64,000 nucleotides of DNA from the human T2T-CHM13v2.0 reference genome, Homo sapiens, in assembly GCF_009914755.1 (NCBI RefSeq), contig NC_060929.1. The stretch is one strand, 5' to 3'. The translations under genes were made by a program, and so were the position numbers. Below the pieces are notes generated by a model that did not search any database, had not been told where the DNA came from, and saw only the letters and a program-made list of their open reading frames with translations. Positions 40,764 through 54,703 of this stretch are shown here, one piece after another; within the stretch, counting starts at the first letter, position 1, and each line of letters opens with the position of its first letter.

Positions 40764-41285
40764 CCCCTTCCTGTGTCCATGTGTTCTCATTGTTCAATTC
40801 TCATCTATGATTGAGAACATGCTGTGTTTGGCTTTTTGTCCTTGCTATAGTTTACTGAGAATGATGATTTCCAATTTCATCCATGTCCCTACAAAGGACA
40901 TGAACTCATCATTTTTTATGGCTGCATAGTATTCCAAGGTGTATATGTACCACATTTTCTTAATCCAGCCTATCATTGTTGGACATTTGGGTTGGTTCCA
41001 AGTCTTTGCTATTGTGAATAGTGCCATAATAAACATACGTGTGCATGTGTCTTTATAGCAGCATGATTTATAGTCCTTTGGGTATATACCCAGTAACGGG
41101 ATGGCTGGGTTGTGGGGTGGGGGGAGGGGGGAGGGATAGCATTAGGAGATATACCTAATACTAAATGATGAGTTAATGGGTGCAGCACACCAGCATGGCA
41201 CATGTATACATATGTAACTAACCAGCACATTGTGCACATGTACCTTAAAACTTAAAGTATAATAATAATAAAAAAAAAATTAAAG
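40764..41285 (+). mobile_element. Young L1 (L1PA2-4-like), truncated with 5' inversion (inverted 40764-~41109; sense ~41110-41285)
   Basis: Antisense ccccttcctgtgtccatgtgttctc... joined to sense tgtggggtggggggagggggg...aaaacttaaagtataataataa; TSD aaagaaa(t/a)agaactt at 40749-40763 / 41286-41300. Confidence 0.95.
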
Positions 41286-41755
41286 AAAGAAAAAGAACTT
41301 TGTTCTAGTCTCAGGTATATTCACATGGTAGGTAAATTGTTTTGATATCTGAATTTAGATATGTTCTGGCTAGATTCATAAAGCATATTTTTGATCCTTA
41401 CTTTATACTTTTCTATTTTCCAATTCAAATAATAGAGCATCTAGTAAGAAAGTGTAGTTGCCCTGGCAGCAAGCTTAAATGTTAGATATAATTTATAACA
41501 ATACAATTTTAAAACCATTTTTTACATTTTTTGCACTACATAATTAAAATATATTATACAACAAATTATATATTCATGATTATATTTAATAGGACATTTC
41601 ATTTAAAACATTGGTCTGATTAAAGCATTCATTTGATTAATCAATTGATAAATTGATTATATCAATTTTTTCTAAGATTAAAATGCAGTTTACAGAACAT
41701 ATGCAAACATAAATATATACCTCTTTTTGGAAGAAATTCAAACTGATTGACATAT

Positions 41756-41975
41756 TTTATTTTATTTTTCATTTTTTTAATTGACCAATACTATTTATCA
41801 TCTCATTTTTTTTTTGTTCTAAGAACATTTAGTATCCTCCTTCTAGCTGTTTGAATCCATATATTATTGTTAGTAATAGTAATTCTACAGTGGTAGAGAA
41901 CACTAGAACTCATCCCTTCTTTGTAGCTGTGGTTTTGTATCCTTTAATGAATCCCTTTCTATCTCTCCATTTCAC
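41756..41975 (-). mobile_element. L1MA-type 3' end fragment
   Basis: gaacatttagtatcctccttctagctgtttgaa...tagagaacactagaact; ttgacatat at both flanks. Confidence 0.65.
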
Positions 41976-42002
41976 TTGACATATATTTTAACAACACATT
42001 GG

Positions 42003-42170
42003 TGGCTGGGTGTGGTGGCACATGCCTATGAAATCAGGGACTCGGAGGCTGAGGTGGGAAGATCACTTGAGCCCAGGAATTGAATGCTACAGTAAGCTAT
42101 CATCTTGTGACTTATCTTGTAATCCAGCCTGGGTAACGGAGTGAGAACTCATCTTAAGAAAAAAAAAAAA
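42003..42170 (+). mobile_element. Free Alu monomer (FRAM/FAM-like)
   Basis: ggctgggtgtggtggcacatgcc...gaggctgaggtgggaagatcacttgagcccagga...ccagcctgggtaac plus poly-A; single arm. Confidence 0.85.
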
Positions 42171-43019
42171 GTGAAAATGATCATTATTGATAAATAATTA
42201 TATTTTATATATTTTAGAATTAAGATGAAAAATATCCAAAGTGGCTCATAATTCAAAAACAATATAAATTTAAGCTGCTATTTGATAAATTTTTTAAAAA
42301 ATATAAAATTTGAATCATTTTAAAACAAACTCTGAGTTTGAAAATTTAAAAAATGTAGGTCTACATTATTGTAACTTAGCTGAACATGAAAAATTTATTT
42401 CTATTGCCTAAGATTAAATTATCCTATTTCTTTTATAAAACGCCTTGAGGAATGATATAGGTAAATTAAGTAACTCTTATATTTTTAGAGTTCTAAAGAG
42501 TAAACATTACATTTCATTTTGAACTTCTAGGGTTTAACCAAGGACAAGCAGTTTGTATAAAATTTTGGTGGGTCTGATACGTTTATGTGGTGTTTGCTTT
42601 CATACTACAGTGAGATAAAATACTTCATTAAAAATGACATTTATCTTTCTAATCTTGTTTACAGTACCAATAATTTAGTTTGTTAAATAAAACTGTGTTC
42701 CATGATTCATTGTAATAAAAGTATACCTCATTTTATGCAATATTTTTCTTCTTCTCCATGAATTAACATAAAACCACATTGTATCAAATGACAGATGTTT
42801 TTAGATCTTGAAGCAAATTATATTAGAAGGCCTGAATAATGTTTACGAAGATTTTGATTTGCCTATAAATCTCTTCTAAATATTTGAAAGTCTTAAAACA
42901 ATACAAGCATTGGAAAAAATGAGAGAACATAAAATAAATAACAATTTTAATAATGTACAAAATCTATCAAACTGACCTACCATAAGGCTGCTTCATCATA
43001 CTGCTGTATGAAGTTCTTT

Positions 43020-43490
43020 ATTAAATCATTAAATCCTCAAAATTATATTTAGGAAATGAGATAAATAATATCCTCATTTTAAATACAAGCAAAAAAATGT
43101 ATTTTTTATGTTTATATTTAGTATTCCATTAAATATATGTGATATTAACGGACAATGAGCCAATTAATAATTATAACAGTGATAGATCTGGGCTTTAAAT
43201 GCACTCTCACTCCAAACCTTGCTGTGTTCATCACTACCATGCACTTTGTTTCTTACCATTAACTTTTATGGTATGTTTGACTTCATGAATGCCAGTTCTT
43301 TGAATCTTTACTGTGGCCCTATGAAAGACAGTCATTTATTATCAAGAACCCTCTGTTATAGATTGAAAAAAAAAGACTGTGCAGATTTAGAAATTTAAGA
43401 AATCTGTTTCAATTCACATGGAGTGTAAGTGGCATGGCAGAAATTTAACCCAACATTTTGGATTGGAATCCTATATCCTAAGCCAATCAA
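43020..43490 (-). mobile_element. MIR fragments
   Basis: aatcctcaaa...atcctcattttaaataca...ctgggctttaaatgc; ttatagattgaaaaa...gtaagtggcatggcagaaatttaaccca. Confidence 0.5.
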
Positions 43491-44625
43491 CCATAAAAAT
43501 TTCCATGTTGTAGATGATATTTGCATTGACATAAATGTCAACTGTACTCCATTAGGGAAATCATTTGGAAAATATGGCCTCAGTTAAAGTATGTTTTTAA
43601 ATGCGGCTCACAGATGGATTATGGTAAAAATGAAAGGAGGCTAATAGTTTCCTATTTTAACAAATTATTTGGAGCTCTTTTTTAATTTCAGTGCAGCTGG
43701 GGTACACTCACTGTAAAGTATGTAAAAAGTAACACATTTTTTACATTGTAAAATTTAGAAATTTGTTGATTCAGTTAAATTTTGTGTTGTGGGCTAAACC
43801 TAAGCTTTCATCCTATATTAGACTGTATTTTGACTAATTTTATTGTTTTGTTTGCTTTTGTTTTGCTTGCTTTTGGTTTTATGATCATTATTCTCTATAC
43901 ATTCCAAACTGATATTCTTCAGCTTCACTCAATTTTTTAAAGTATACTTTCTCATAAAATAATCTATTACAGACTGTAGAATAAAATATTAAATCAAATA
44001 TACTGTTATAATTTTCAAGACTGCATGAATTTCTTTTTTATCATTTTAAATGTAAATATTATTTTGTAATTATTTGTATTGCTTTCCATAATTCTGTTTA
44101 CCATGCTGATATGTTCAAAGAGGCAACTGTTTGGTATAAAAATTAATGTAATTTTTGCTTTCAAATCTGTAAATTTTTGTTTTTATAAATAATTATCAAC
44201 AAATTAACAATTTAATATTTTAATAAATACCAGTGCATCCCACTCTGTTTTAGAAATAATAGTTCTCCAACATTTAAATTATTTTATTTTATTATTATCC
44301 TTGAATATGTTTGCAGTTTTCTCTTTAATCAAACTATATCTGGGGAGAAAAACAGCAAGATAAGAGAAAATGAGCGTATGAAGTTTCTTAGAGGTCTTTA
44401 AATTTTAACAATATTTTTTCATCATAGAATAGATTCAATATATCTTTACCAAAAAGGAAACTGAATCAGAGACAGAGGAAAATATTTTCAATATATAATA
44501 TTTAATACTATTTACTATGTATTTGGAAAATTTAATATTCCATTGGATTAAAATAGCATACCTTATATAGCTTGTGTTGTCCTATAAATTTTATTATATT
44601 CTATCAGCGTCTTAAAGCACTATCC

Positions 44626-44672
44626 ATATATATATGTGTGTGTGTGTGTCTATGTGTCTATATATGTGTATA

Positions 44673-44705
<33 letters not shown>

Positions 44706-44708
44706 GTG
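44626..44708. repeat. Compound (TA)/(TG) microsatellite
   Basis: Seen directly. Confidence 0.9.
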
Positions 44709-44784
44709 CTCATTTTTGTTCTACAATGACCTTTTGAAATGAAAACCAAGAGGGGTTCCTGCAAGTCAACACATACACACAAAT

Positions 44785-45790
44785 CCTGATTCAAAAATGG
44801 GCAAATAACTTGAATAGATTTCTATTAAAAAATATTCAAATGTTGTACAAGCACAAAAAAAGGATGTTCAATATCACTAATCATTAGGGAATGCAAAGGA
44901 AACCACAATGAGATATCGCTTCACATTTATTTAAATGATTACTATAAACAAAAACACACACCCCACCAAAAACAACAACAAACAGAAAATAAGTATTGGT
45001 GAGATTGTGGATCAATTGGAACCCCTACACATTGTTGATGGAAATGTAAAATGGTGCAACCACCATAAAAAACAGTATAAAAGCTCCTCAAAAAACTAAA
45101 AATAGAACTACCGTATGATCCACAAATTCTACTTCTGGATATATATACGTAGGAATTGAAAGCAGAGTCTTGAGGAAAATATATTTATACACTCAAAATA
45201 TATCTGTACACTGGTGGTTACCAGAGGCTGGGGAGAGAGTGAGGGAGAATGATTAGTAATCTTTTAATGGACACAGAGTTGTGGGGTGTGTGTGTGTGTG
45301 TTTACAGTAATAATTTATAGCAGCATTATTCCCAATAGCCAAAAGGTGGAAATAACCCAATTGCCTATAATGGATAAATGGATAAAAAAAATATAAGAAT
45401 GTTATTTATCCATAAAGAGGAAATAAATTCTGACACCTGCTACAACATGGAAGAGCTTTGACTAATTATGCTAAGTGGAATAAGCCAGCCACAAAAAGAA
45501 TAACAAACTACCAAATTCAATGAAGTACATTGGGTTGTTAAATTCATAGAATCAGAGAGTAAAATAATGGTGATTAGCAGAGGCTGGGGTGGGAGGCAGA
45601 ATGAGTAGTAATCCTTTAATGGATACAGAGTTTCAGTTTTGCATAATGAAATGAGCTCTGGAATAGATGATGATAATGATTGTATAACATTGTGAATGGA
45701 CTCAATATCATGAGACTGTCCATTTAAAAATGGTTAAATGATAAACTTTACATTATGTGTATTTTACTCCAATTGAAAGTTTTTAAAAAG
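44785..45790 (+). mobile_element. L1MB-like 3' region with a ~100 bp internal insertion
   Basis: aaaaatgggcaaataacttgaataga...aaatagaactaccgtatgatcc...aaattctgacacctgctacaacatgg...ttaatggatacagagtttcagtttt...taaaaatggttaa. Confidence 0.88.
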
Positions 45791-46212
45791 ATTATTTGTC
45801 AATCACAATTACAGGTATTAATTATTTATGTCATAGATATGTTGTCCACAAATTCAATATTGACAAGTCAGTAATAACATTGATGTACTTAAAAATTCTT
45901 ACTTTTCTGATATAACAATAGGTAATATATATAAAAGCCCAAATGCCTCTCCCTGGAAAATCTAGAAATTTGAGCCTTAGAGGAAGATTGAAGGACATTT
46001 CTTAGAGGAAAATAAACAGAATAGGAGAAGTAAAATACATGATATGATGTTTAACAAAGAAATTGCTAAGTACATTGCTTAGTGTAATAAGTATTAATCC
46101 TGACTACAGAAGTAATATCAAAAGAAAGGAGTCTGAAATATAGTATAAATAAAACATTGGCCAAAAATAACATGAGGTATAAATAGGTAATCATTGAGAA
46201 AAAGTTGAATTT

Positions 46213-48126
46213 TTTAAAATTATATTTTAATTTCTGGGATACATGTGCAGAACATGCAGTTTTGTTACATAGGTATACACGTGCCATGTTGGTTTGCTGC
46301 AGTCATTAACCCAACACCTACATTAGTTATTTCTCCTAATGCTATCCCTCTCCTACCCCCTGATCCCCTGGCAGGCCCCAGTGCATGATGTTCCCCTCCC
46401 TGAGACCATGTGTTCTCACTGTTCAACTCCAACTTATGAGTGAGAACATGTAGTGTTTGATTTTCTGTTCCTGTGTTAGTTGGCTGAGAATGATGGTTTC
46501 CAGCTTCATCCATGTCCCTGCAAACGACATGAACTTATTCTTTTTTATGGCTGCATAGTATTCCATGCTGTGTATGTGCCACATTTTCTTTATCCAGTCT
46601 CATTGATGGGCATTTGGGTTGGTTCCAAGTCTTTGCTATTGTGAACAGTGCCACAATAAACACACATGTGCATGTGTCTGTAGAGTAGAATGTTTCATAA
46701 TTCTTTGGGTATATACCCAGTAATGGAATTGCTGGGTCAAATGGTATTTCTGGTTCTAGATCCTTGATGAATCGCCACATTGTCTTCCACCATGGTTGAA
46801 TTAATTTACCCTCCCACCAACAGTGTAAAAGCATTCCTACTTCTCCACATCTTTTCCAGCATCTGTTGTTTCCTGATTTTTTAATAATCACCATTCTGTC
46901 ATAAGGCGGTATCTCATGGTGGTTTTGATTTGCATTTCTCTAATGACCAGTGATGATGAGCTTTTTTTCATAGGTTTTTTTGGCCACATAAATGTCTTTT
47001 TTTGAGAAGTATCTGTTATATAGAAAACCCCATCACCTCAGCCCCAAATCTCCTCAAGTTGATAAGCAACTTCAGCAAAGTCTCAGGACACAAAATCAAT
47101 GTGCAAAAATCACAAGCATTCCTGTACACCAATAATAGACAGAGAGCCAAATCATGAGTGAACTCTCATTCACAATTGCTACGAAGAGAATAAAGTACCT
47201 AGGAATCCAACTTACAAGGGTTGTAAAAGACCTCTTCAAGGAGAACTACAAACTAAACGAAATAAGAGATAGAGAGGACACAAAGAAATGGGAAAACATT
47301 CCATGCTCACGAATAGGAAGAACTGATATCATGAAAATGGCCATACTGCCCAAAGTAATTTATAGATTCAATGCTATCTCCATCAAACTACCATTGACTT
47401 TCTTCACAGAATTAGAAAAAAATACGTTAAATTTTATATGGAACCAAAAAAAAATCCCACATAGCCAAGACAATCCTAAGCAAAAAGAACAAAGCTGGAG
47501 ACATCATACTACCTAACTTCAAACTATATTACAAGGCTACAATAACCAAAACAGCAGGGTACTGGTACCAAAACAGAAATATAGACCAACGGAACAGAAT
47601 GGAGGCCTCAGAAATAATGCCACACATCTACAACCATCTGATCTTTGACAAACCTGACAAAAACAACCAATGGAGAAAGGATTCCCTATTTAATAAATGG
47701 TGTTGGGAAAACTGGATAGCCATATGCAGGAAACTGAAACTGGACTCCTTCCTTACACCTCATACAAAAATTAACTCAAGATGGATTAAAGACTTAAACG
47801 CAAAACCTAAAACTATATTAAAAATTAACTCCAGAAGAAAACCTAGGCAATACCATTCAGGACATAGGCATGGGCAAAGTCTTCATGACTAAAACACTAA
47901 AAGTAATAGCAACAAAAGTCAAAATTGACAAATTGGGTCTAATTAAACTAAAAAGCTTCTGCACAGCAAAAGAAAGTATCATCAGAGTGAATAGGCAACC
48001 TACAGAATGGGAGAAAATTTTTGCAATCTATTCATCTGACAAATGGCTAATATCCAGAATCTACAAGGAACTTAAATAAATTCACAAGAAAAAAAACCCC
48101 ATCAAAAAGTGAGTGAAGGATATGAA
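46213..48126 (-). mobile_element. L1PA7/8-like element with 5' inversion (3' part on - at 46213-47017; inverted part on + at 47018-48126)
   Basis: tctgggatacatgtgcagaac (antisense 3'UTR); junction atctgtt|atatagaaaaccc; ...ggatatgaa abuts aacagatacttctc in L1 coordinates; ORF2 remnants in both orientations. Confidence 0.95.
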
Positions 48127-48740
48127 AATTTGAAATTGTACTTATCTAATTTGTTACACCAATAGGGAGTCTGCACATTGTGTATTGAGGGCAACCAATG
48201 AACAATTAAAAATAGAAAGTATGACTTCTAAGTAAAGTCTTGTTAAATTGTTGCAAAAAATTCACTCAACCCAACAGGAAAACTGAAACAAGCATAATAA
48301 TAATATAGCAGAAGAAAAACTTTAAACACTAAGTCTGAAGTAGTAATTGCAAGTACATTAAGTAATCAATTATATTAAGTAAAAATGAACTAAATTTGAT
48401 TTCTAAAGGACAAAAAAATTTTCAAATTATGATGTTGACAAGAGAAATATCTAATGCAACTTGCATGGAGACTGTAAAACTAAGAGGATGGACTATACAT
48501 ACATTTATTTTATATATTTGCCATATGTGTGTGTGTATGTGTGTATGCATATAAAGTATATACCACTTCCCAAATAGTACCCCCGAATAAAATAGCAAAT
48601 ATTATCACTTTTCAAAGTTTGTTTACTGTCAACCTCAGCATAATAAAATTGTTCACTATTAATTTTAATATAATTGAAATTAAAATAATTAATTATATTG
48701 AGAGTGAATACTTGATTATTAACTAAGTAACCGTCCATGA

Positions 48741-49076
<336 letters not shown>

Positions 49077-49137
49077 TGATATTGAAATACATACAGAAAA
49101 TATTGAGATAATTAAATAAAGACATAAGAAATCCATA

Positions 49138-49292
49138 AAGTAAAAATTAGCCAGGTGTGGAATGTGCACACCTGTAATCCCAGCTACTCAGGAGGCTGAG
49201 GCATAAGAATTGCTTGAATGCAGGGGCATAGGTTGCAGTGAGCTGAGATCATGTCACTGTATGATCACTGTCTCCAAAAAAAAAAAGAAAAA
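49138..49292 (+). mobile_element. Alu right-arm fragment
   Basis: aaaaattagccaggtgtgg...cctgtaatcccagctactcaggaggctgaggca...gcagtgagctgagatc plus poly-A; distal deletion. Confidence 0.88.
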
Positions 49293-49429
49293 ATATTACA
49301 AAGATTATCTACATAGGTTCGCCTCTCTAGTTTTATACTTCTGAAATATTTTTAAAAGTTAAAATTTTAATAAATTAAAGGGGAAAAATGTAATAAAGGC
49401 ATGTCATCTAAGTACAATTGATTATATTC

Positions 49430-49670
49430 AGAGGGGAAAGAGAGACAGAAGGATGGAGAGAGAAGAGAGAGATAAAAAGAGAAAGCATTAAGAAACAAAG
49501 ACATATTAGGTATTTTAAAATATTTCATAATTTAACATATTTAATATTTTAGTGAAGCCTTGATTATAATAAGATTGAAAAAATAATGAGGAAAGAAGAG
49601 GTAGAGGAAGAAAAGGGAGAGGATGAAGCAGAGGAAGAAGACAAATGAAAGGCATAGGTAGAAGAAAGCA
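49430..49670 (+). repeat. GA-rich low-complexity tract
   Basis: gaggggaaagagagacagaaggatggagagagaagagaga...gaggaaagaagaggtagaggaagaaaaggg. Confidence 0.6.
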
Positions 49671-49739
49671 ATGATTGAAAAGTTGCAGTGATTTAAGGAT
49701 GATAAAACTGTCAACATAGTAAATCTCAAACAATCTAAA

Positions 49740-50870
49740 GATAGCGTATCTCAATTAATTGAGTTTATCAGTTTTCCCAGAAATCAGGTAGACATTTTTT
49801 AAAAATCTAAAGCATTTCTATTACAAACAATTAAAATAAAAAAAGAAAATTACATTAATGATAGCACCAATGTAGGTAATGCTTAGGAATAGATTTAATA
49901 ATATATATGATAAGTTTATACACAGAAAAATATAGAAAAGTAGAGGAAGACATAAAATTTGTATGGATTGAAAGATTCAATACTGTAGAACCAATTTCTT
50001 CCAAATTGACCTATGGATTCAACACAGGTTTAATACAATTTAAACAAAACTGTAAGTATTGAATTAGTAATTACAAATTTTATAAGAAATTGTGAAGATG
50101 CATAAATAGTAAAAATAATTGTAAGGGAGAAAGATTACACAAAATCTATCTGATATCAAGACATATAATAACCAATGATAATTTAAAGTAATAAATCATA
50201 AAAATTGAAATGGTCATTGAAAAAGAATAAAGAATCCCAACCAGTTTTCCACATATATGCAATTTGTACAGGTTCATACCAACACAGATATTGAGAAAAT
50301 TAGATATTATTCATTGTATTATGTGTTGAGTTTATTTAAAAAATTATTGGACTCACAGCAGACACACACACACACACACACACACACACAACTGGTTAGT
50401 TAAAAATCTAAAAGTGAAAAATATTTTAAGTCAAAAATAAATATAGAATATTAAATATATTCTTCATGTAAGGATGAATTAATACTTAAATATGAAACCA
50501 CATAACAAGACAAATATATTTTCCACATTAAAAGAATAACTTTTAGATGTTAAAAGATACCCTAGATGTTTGAATACATGACAAGAGATATTTTCAAGTA
50601 TGAAATAGAGAAAGCTGATCATCTAGATATTATTTTAAGAGTTTCTATGTTCTACATAAAAAAGATAAACAACAGCATGTAAAAATTACATTATTTAAAA
50701 TAAAACAGTAAGAAACAGAGCACATAGGAAACCAGAGTAGTCAAAGACATAAAAATTTATTCAGTCACATTAGAAATGAAAAAATGAAAGAGTAAATTTG
50801 GAAGACAATACAAATCAACATCTGGGGATGAACTCAATATTCATCAGAAAAGCAGATATTTAAATATTAC
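49740..50870 (+). mobile_element. Highly degenerate L1ME-type ORF2/3' relic, with (CA)n at ~50361-50390
   Basis: atggattgaaagattcaatactgt...tcttccaaattgacctatggattcaa...tctgatatcaagacata. Confidence 0.6.
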
Positions 50871-50879
50871 AATATAGAA

Positions 50880-51075
50880 TCTATAAATTTAAATGATATG
50901 GATATATATGATATATATGCATACAGATATATTTATATATAGCTATATAAATACATATAGATACAGATGATGGACAGGTGATAAAGGGATAGATGATAGA
51001 TAGATGTTAGATGACAGATGATAAACGATTAATAGAAAGGGAGACAGCTAGCTAGCTAGCTAGATACATAGAGAT
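50880..51075. repeat. Low-complexity TA / GATA / (GCTA)n tract
   Basis: atatatatgatatatatgc...gatagatgatagatagatg...gctagctagctagctag. Confidence 0.75.
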
Positions 51076-51079
51076 ATCG

Positions 51080-51577
51080 TGCCAAGTCTGTCCCGCAGAC
51101 TCTGGCTAAGCAACAAATGAAAGCAGTATGCTGACACAGGTATTTTGCCTGACAGCAAGGCTAGGGGACCACATAGCTCAGCAGCACCAGGGAGACAGTG
51201 CAGTAGCCAAGAGAGTGCAGCCCCCATAAGCTGGCTACAAATCGCCTTAGTCAGATTTAATGACTAAGGCTTGGAGCAAACACAAGTTGTGGGTAATTAA
51301 CATTGTCAACCCCCCGAGTAGAGAGCAGTCCTGTGTGAGAATGATCAAAGGTTGGTTTCTAGAGACAGGAGTAAACACATTTATCTAGATAAATTCCTTT
51401 ACATTCCCTTGTTATCTGCCCTTTGCTCTCAGGATCTGGATAAGAGGATTTGGCTGCCTTCAGTCATAATTCCCTCTTGAAACTTTTGCAAAACCTCCCA
51501 GACTTCCAAGAAGGTTTGTGTCATTCCCTGTAACTTTGTCTTACAACTTTTCTCACCACCCTGACTGAACTCTTACA
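51080..51577 (-). mobile_element. LTR22 solo LTR (HERV-K22 / HML-5)
   Basis: Reverse complement starts tgtaagagttcagtcagggtggtgagaaaagttg and ends gtctgcgggacagacttggca; flanks atatcg/atatag (5/6 TSD). Confidence 0.85.
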
Positions 51578-52389
51578 ATATAGAACAGGAGAAGAGAAGG
51601 ACTCAAGCTGAAACATGAACTGCTGCCCGTGAAATTTAATAAATGGGACAGAAGAAAAAGAAATCCTTTACTTATCTGCAATATGTTTTGTAGTAATATT
51701 TCATTTTTTTAAACATAAGATATATATACAAAAACAAAATTTTTCAACATTTTGGGTTTTGAATATTCAGAGTCATATTAACATTACCTATAAAATGCTT
51801 ATGATGATGCTATCATCAATCGAGAGGCAGAAAAAATAAGTAGTAAAAACAAAAGATTCCTAAAGAGATTAATAATTGTGAACAGTCTTGAAATTTTGGA
51901 AAACCTTCAATAAAAGTAATGAATAAGGAAGTAGCAATGAATTCCAGATAAGTCAAAATCTGGCAGAAACAAATTTGTACTGTTACAAATTTGCCTTTCT
52001 TCTTTTTTCTAATTTTTTCTTAATTAATGTATGTAAATTACTAATTTATTATTAACAGTTGCCAATGTTTCCTCACTTCTCATAGAATACATCTGGTAAC
52101 TACTTTCCTACTTACAAGACTAAAAATACTCTTTAAAATTGAAAAAAATAAACTCATCTGAATATTTTATTCTAATATTTACACAGAGAGAGTAAATGTA
52201 TCTTGGCTCAGAAAGAAAGTGCAATTATTTTTCAATTATTATTCTCTTCAGTTCAATAAGATTCTCCTGAGGAAAGCATTTAAAACACTTTATGAAAGTA
52301 TATTACAGCTTTAGGGAGTTACTTTCTTGCATAAACAGGAGATAAGAAGGACTTATTCTTAGTTCTAAGTCTCATAAAGCATTTTGATA

Positions 52390-52445
52390 TAATACCTCCC
52401 CTGTCCTCAGTATGTTGTAATACTTCCCATGTCCTCAGTATGTTA
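52390..52445 (+). repeat. 28-bp tandem duplication
   Basis: taatacctcccctgtcctcagtatgttg / taatacttcccatgtcctcagtatgtta, 25/28 identical. Confidence 0.9.
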
Positions 52446-54703
52446 TATAATATCAGATTCACAAAGTACACATAACCAACCAGTAGACTTAATAAATATA
52501 ACCAGTCGTTGTTATAGTCTGTTAAATCATATATTTTGACTTTCAATATTTGCTAAAAAGTGCTGTATTATTTTCCAACACTGTATTAATGAGTCTAGAA
52601 CCATTTTCTAATTTTACTCATTCAGAAATTTATCATTTTCATTGAATAATTTCTTGCTTCAAAGCATTTACTTCAAGCTAAAACTTTTTATGAAATATGA
52701 TTAATTTTATGTATTTTATTCTAATACTAAATTAGTAATAAATAGAATTCACCAATTTCAGTGGTTGCACTGTTTTTGGAAAATAGAAAAATTATGAAAT
52801 ATTCTCAAAATTCAGAAGGAAAAGCACTTAAAAATTAAATTTGTCCCAACTTTTAACCTCTTATTCAACTCCAATTACTAACCTCAATCTTTCAGTCCAC
52901 AGTTCAACTATATGAGGTATGCTTTTATTTTCTTACTTTACATCTGCTAATCTTTATCCATCTCATGGAAAACTTAGCTTTTTCTCCACGGAAATGACCT
53001 TTATTCTAGCCTTTGTCATTTATAATGATGATATTTCAGAAGGTTTCTTTTTATAACCACTAATACTTGACTCTCAAGCCTCAAATTTTGCGGAGATGTC
53101 AATCAGGAAATATATTGATTTTACCAACTCTCAGTGTATTCAGTTTTCCTTCAGAATTTTTGAACACGTGTAATTAAAAATCATTCAAGTTTTACTGAAT
53201 TATCCTGAGCATTACCAACAAATATCTGTAAGACAAACAATAACTCTAGCAGATAGTAAATTCAATAAATAATAAAAATATACATTTCCCCCAAAATCTT
53301 TATAAGTCACATGATCCCTACAACTTTAGGGAGTGAGTCATATGATTATGAAAATACATTTTGTTCTTTTTCTATGTGTGTTTCTTATTTTTAAAAATTT
53401 TACATATAAAACATTTTTGGAAAATCTCAAATAGGAGGATAGGAAATAACCCTTTTACTTGTTATTCTGATAACATCTTCATTAAAGTCTTACTTAAGGG
53501 TTGTTGTTTTTTCTAGTTTTTCTAGGGAATATGGTGATTTTTATTTAGTTGCAATTAAAAAAAAATAGAGAGTGTCCAATGCTCACTTAATCCTAGGTAA
53601 ATTTTCAATTGACTTTAAGTGGTCCAGAGAATGAAGTGTACTCCTGCTCTCATGCAAGAAACTCGAGTTCCTAATTTCATATTTAGGAGATGTTTTAAAT
53701 GTTATGGATGCCAAACCATGGTTTATTCAAAGTGGGGAATTTGAGGAGAAGTCATCCAAATTTCCTTTACCCTGCTGCACTCAGGTCTTTCCACCAGAAG
53801 AACCATCTAGCCCTGCTCCACACCTGTCAGCCTCAATCTTATCTGGTCTTCAAACACTACAGAACCTGGTTTTTGGAGAAAAGCTGTCTTGCCTGTAAAT
53901 CAAAGTTTTCATAGAATGTTTGTGCCTTTTTAGTGTGCGCCTTAGAGAAAAGATAATTCGTGATAAGCTAAAAATAGCTTAATTTAAACAATTTTTGTAG
54001 AAAATTTATGTATTTGGAAATTTATGTATTTATAAATAAACATATAATTTTTTACAAAAATTATTAAAATTAAATATAGAAAAAAATTTCACTTGCCCCA
54101 GGAGAAAAAGAATGTAAAATATACAAATTTATAGTGCTTATAGTAAAAATGATAAAATCTAAAATATATCTCACCTTTTAGACAAAGTTTCAAGCCTATG
54201 TTCATGGAGAGCTCCAGATTAAATTTTCATGCAGAATTTAGGCACCAAAACCTATTATGGATGTGGGCTGTGGTACCTGTCTTGATATTGCAGTAGTAGA
54301 GCACACACAGAAGAAGAAGACACATATATTCAATATAAAAATATGTATAGAAGAATGGTAGCAATGGAGAAGAGAATAAAACCCTCCAAATCCTCACTTG
54401 TTGCCCCACTGATTTATTATGCCTTATTGCAATTATGCCCAGTCTTTCTCAGCCTTTCACATCACCAAGAACCTTGGCTGTATAAATAAAGCACTGTGAT
54501 TCTTGGGTAGGTAAGGATGGATTTCTTGAGAATTCCCCTAAAAATAGGAAATCTCCATTTGCTTTCATAATCTTGTAGACTACTGAAACCATAAATCTGT
54601 TTGCTTTATATGTAAATCATAACTAAAGACAGTTAACATATTTAGAATATCATAGAGTAATACACCAGTAATTTGACCACATAGCTACTTCATCATTGTT
54701 GAG

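Noticed and set aside
41111-41135. G-quadruplex-forming G-run cluster
   Set aside because: This is the standard L1 3'UTR polypurine tract; real but well known
54002-54032. aaatttatgtattt repeated twice
   Set aside because: Ordinary short slippage duplication in AT-rich DNA
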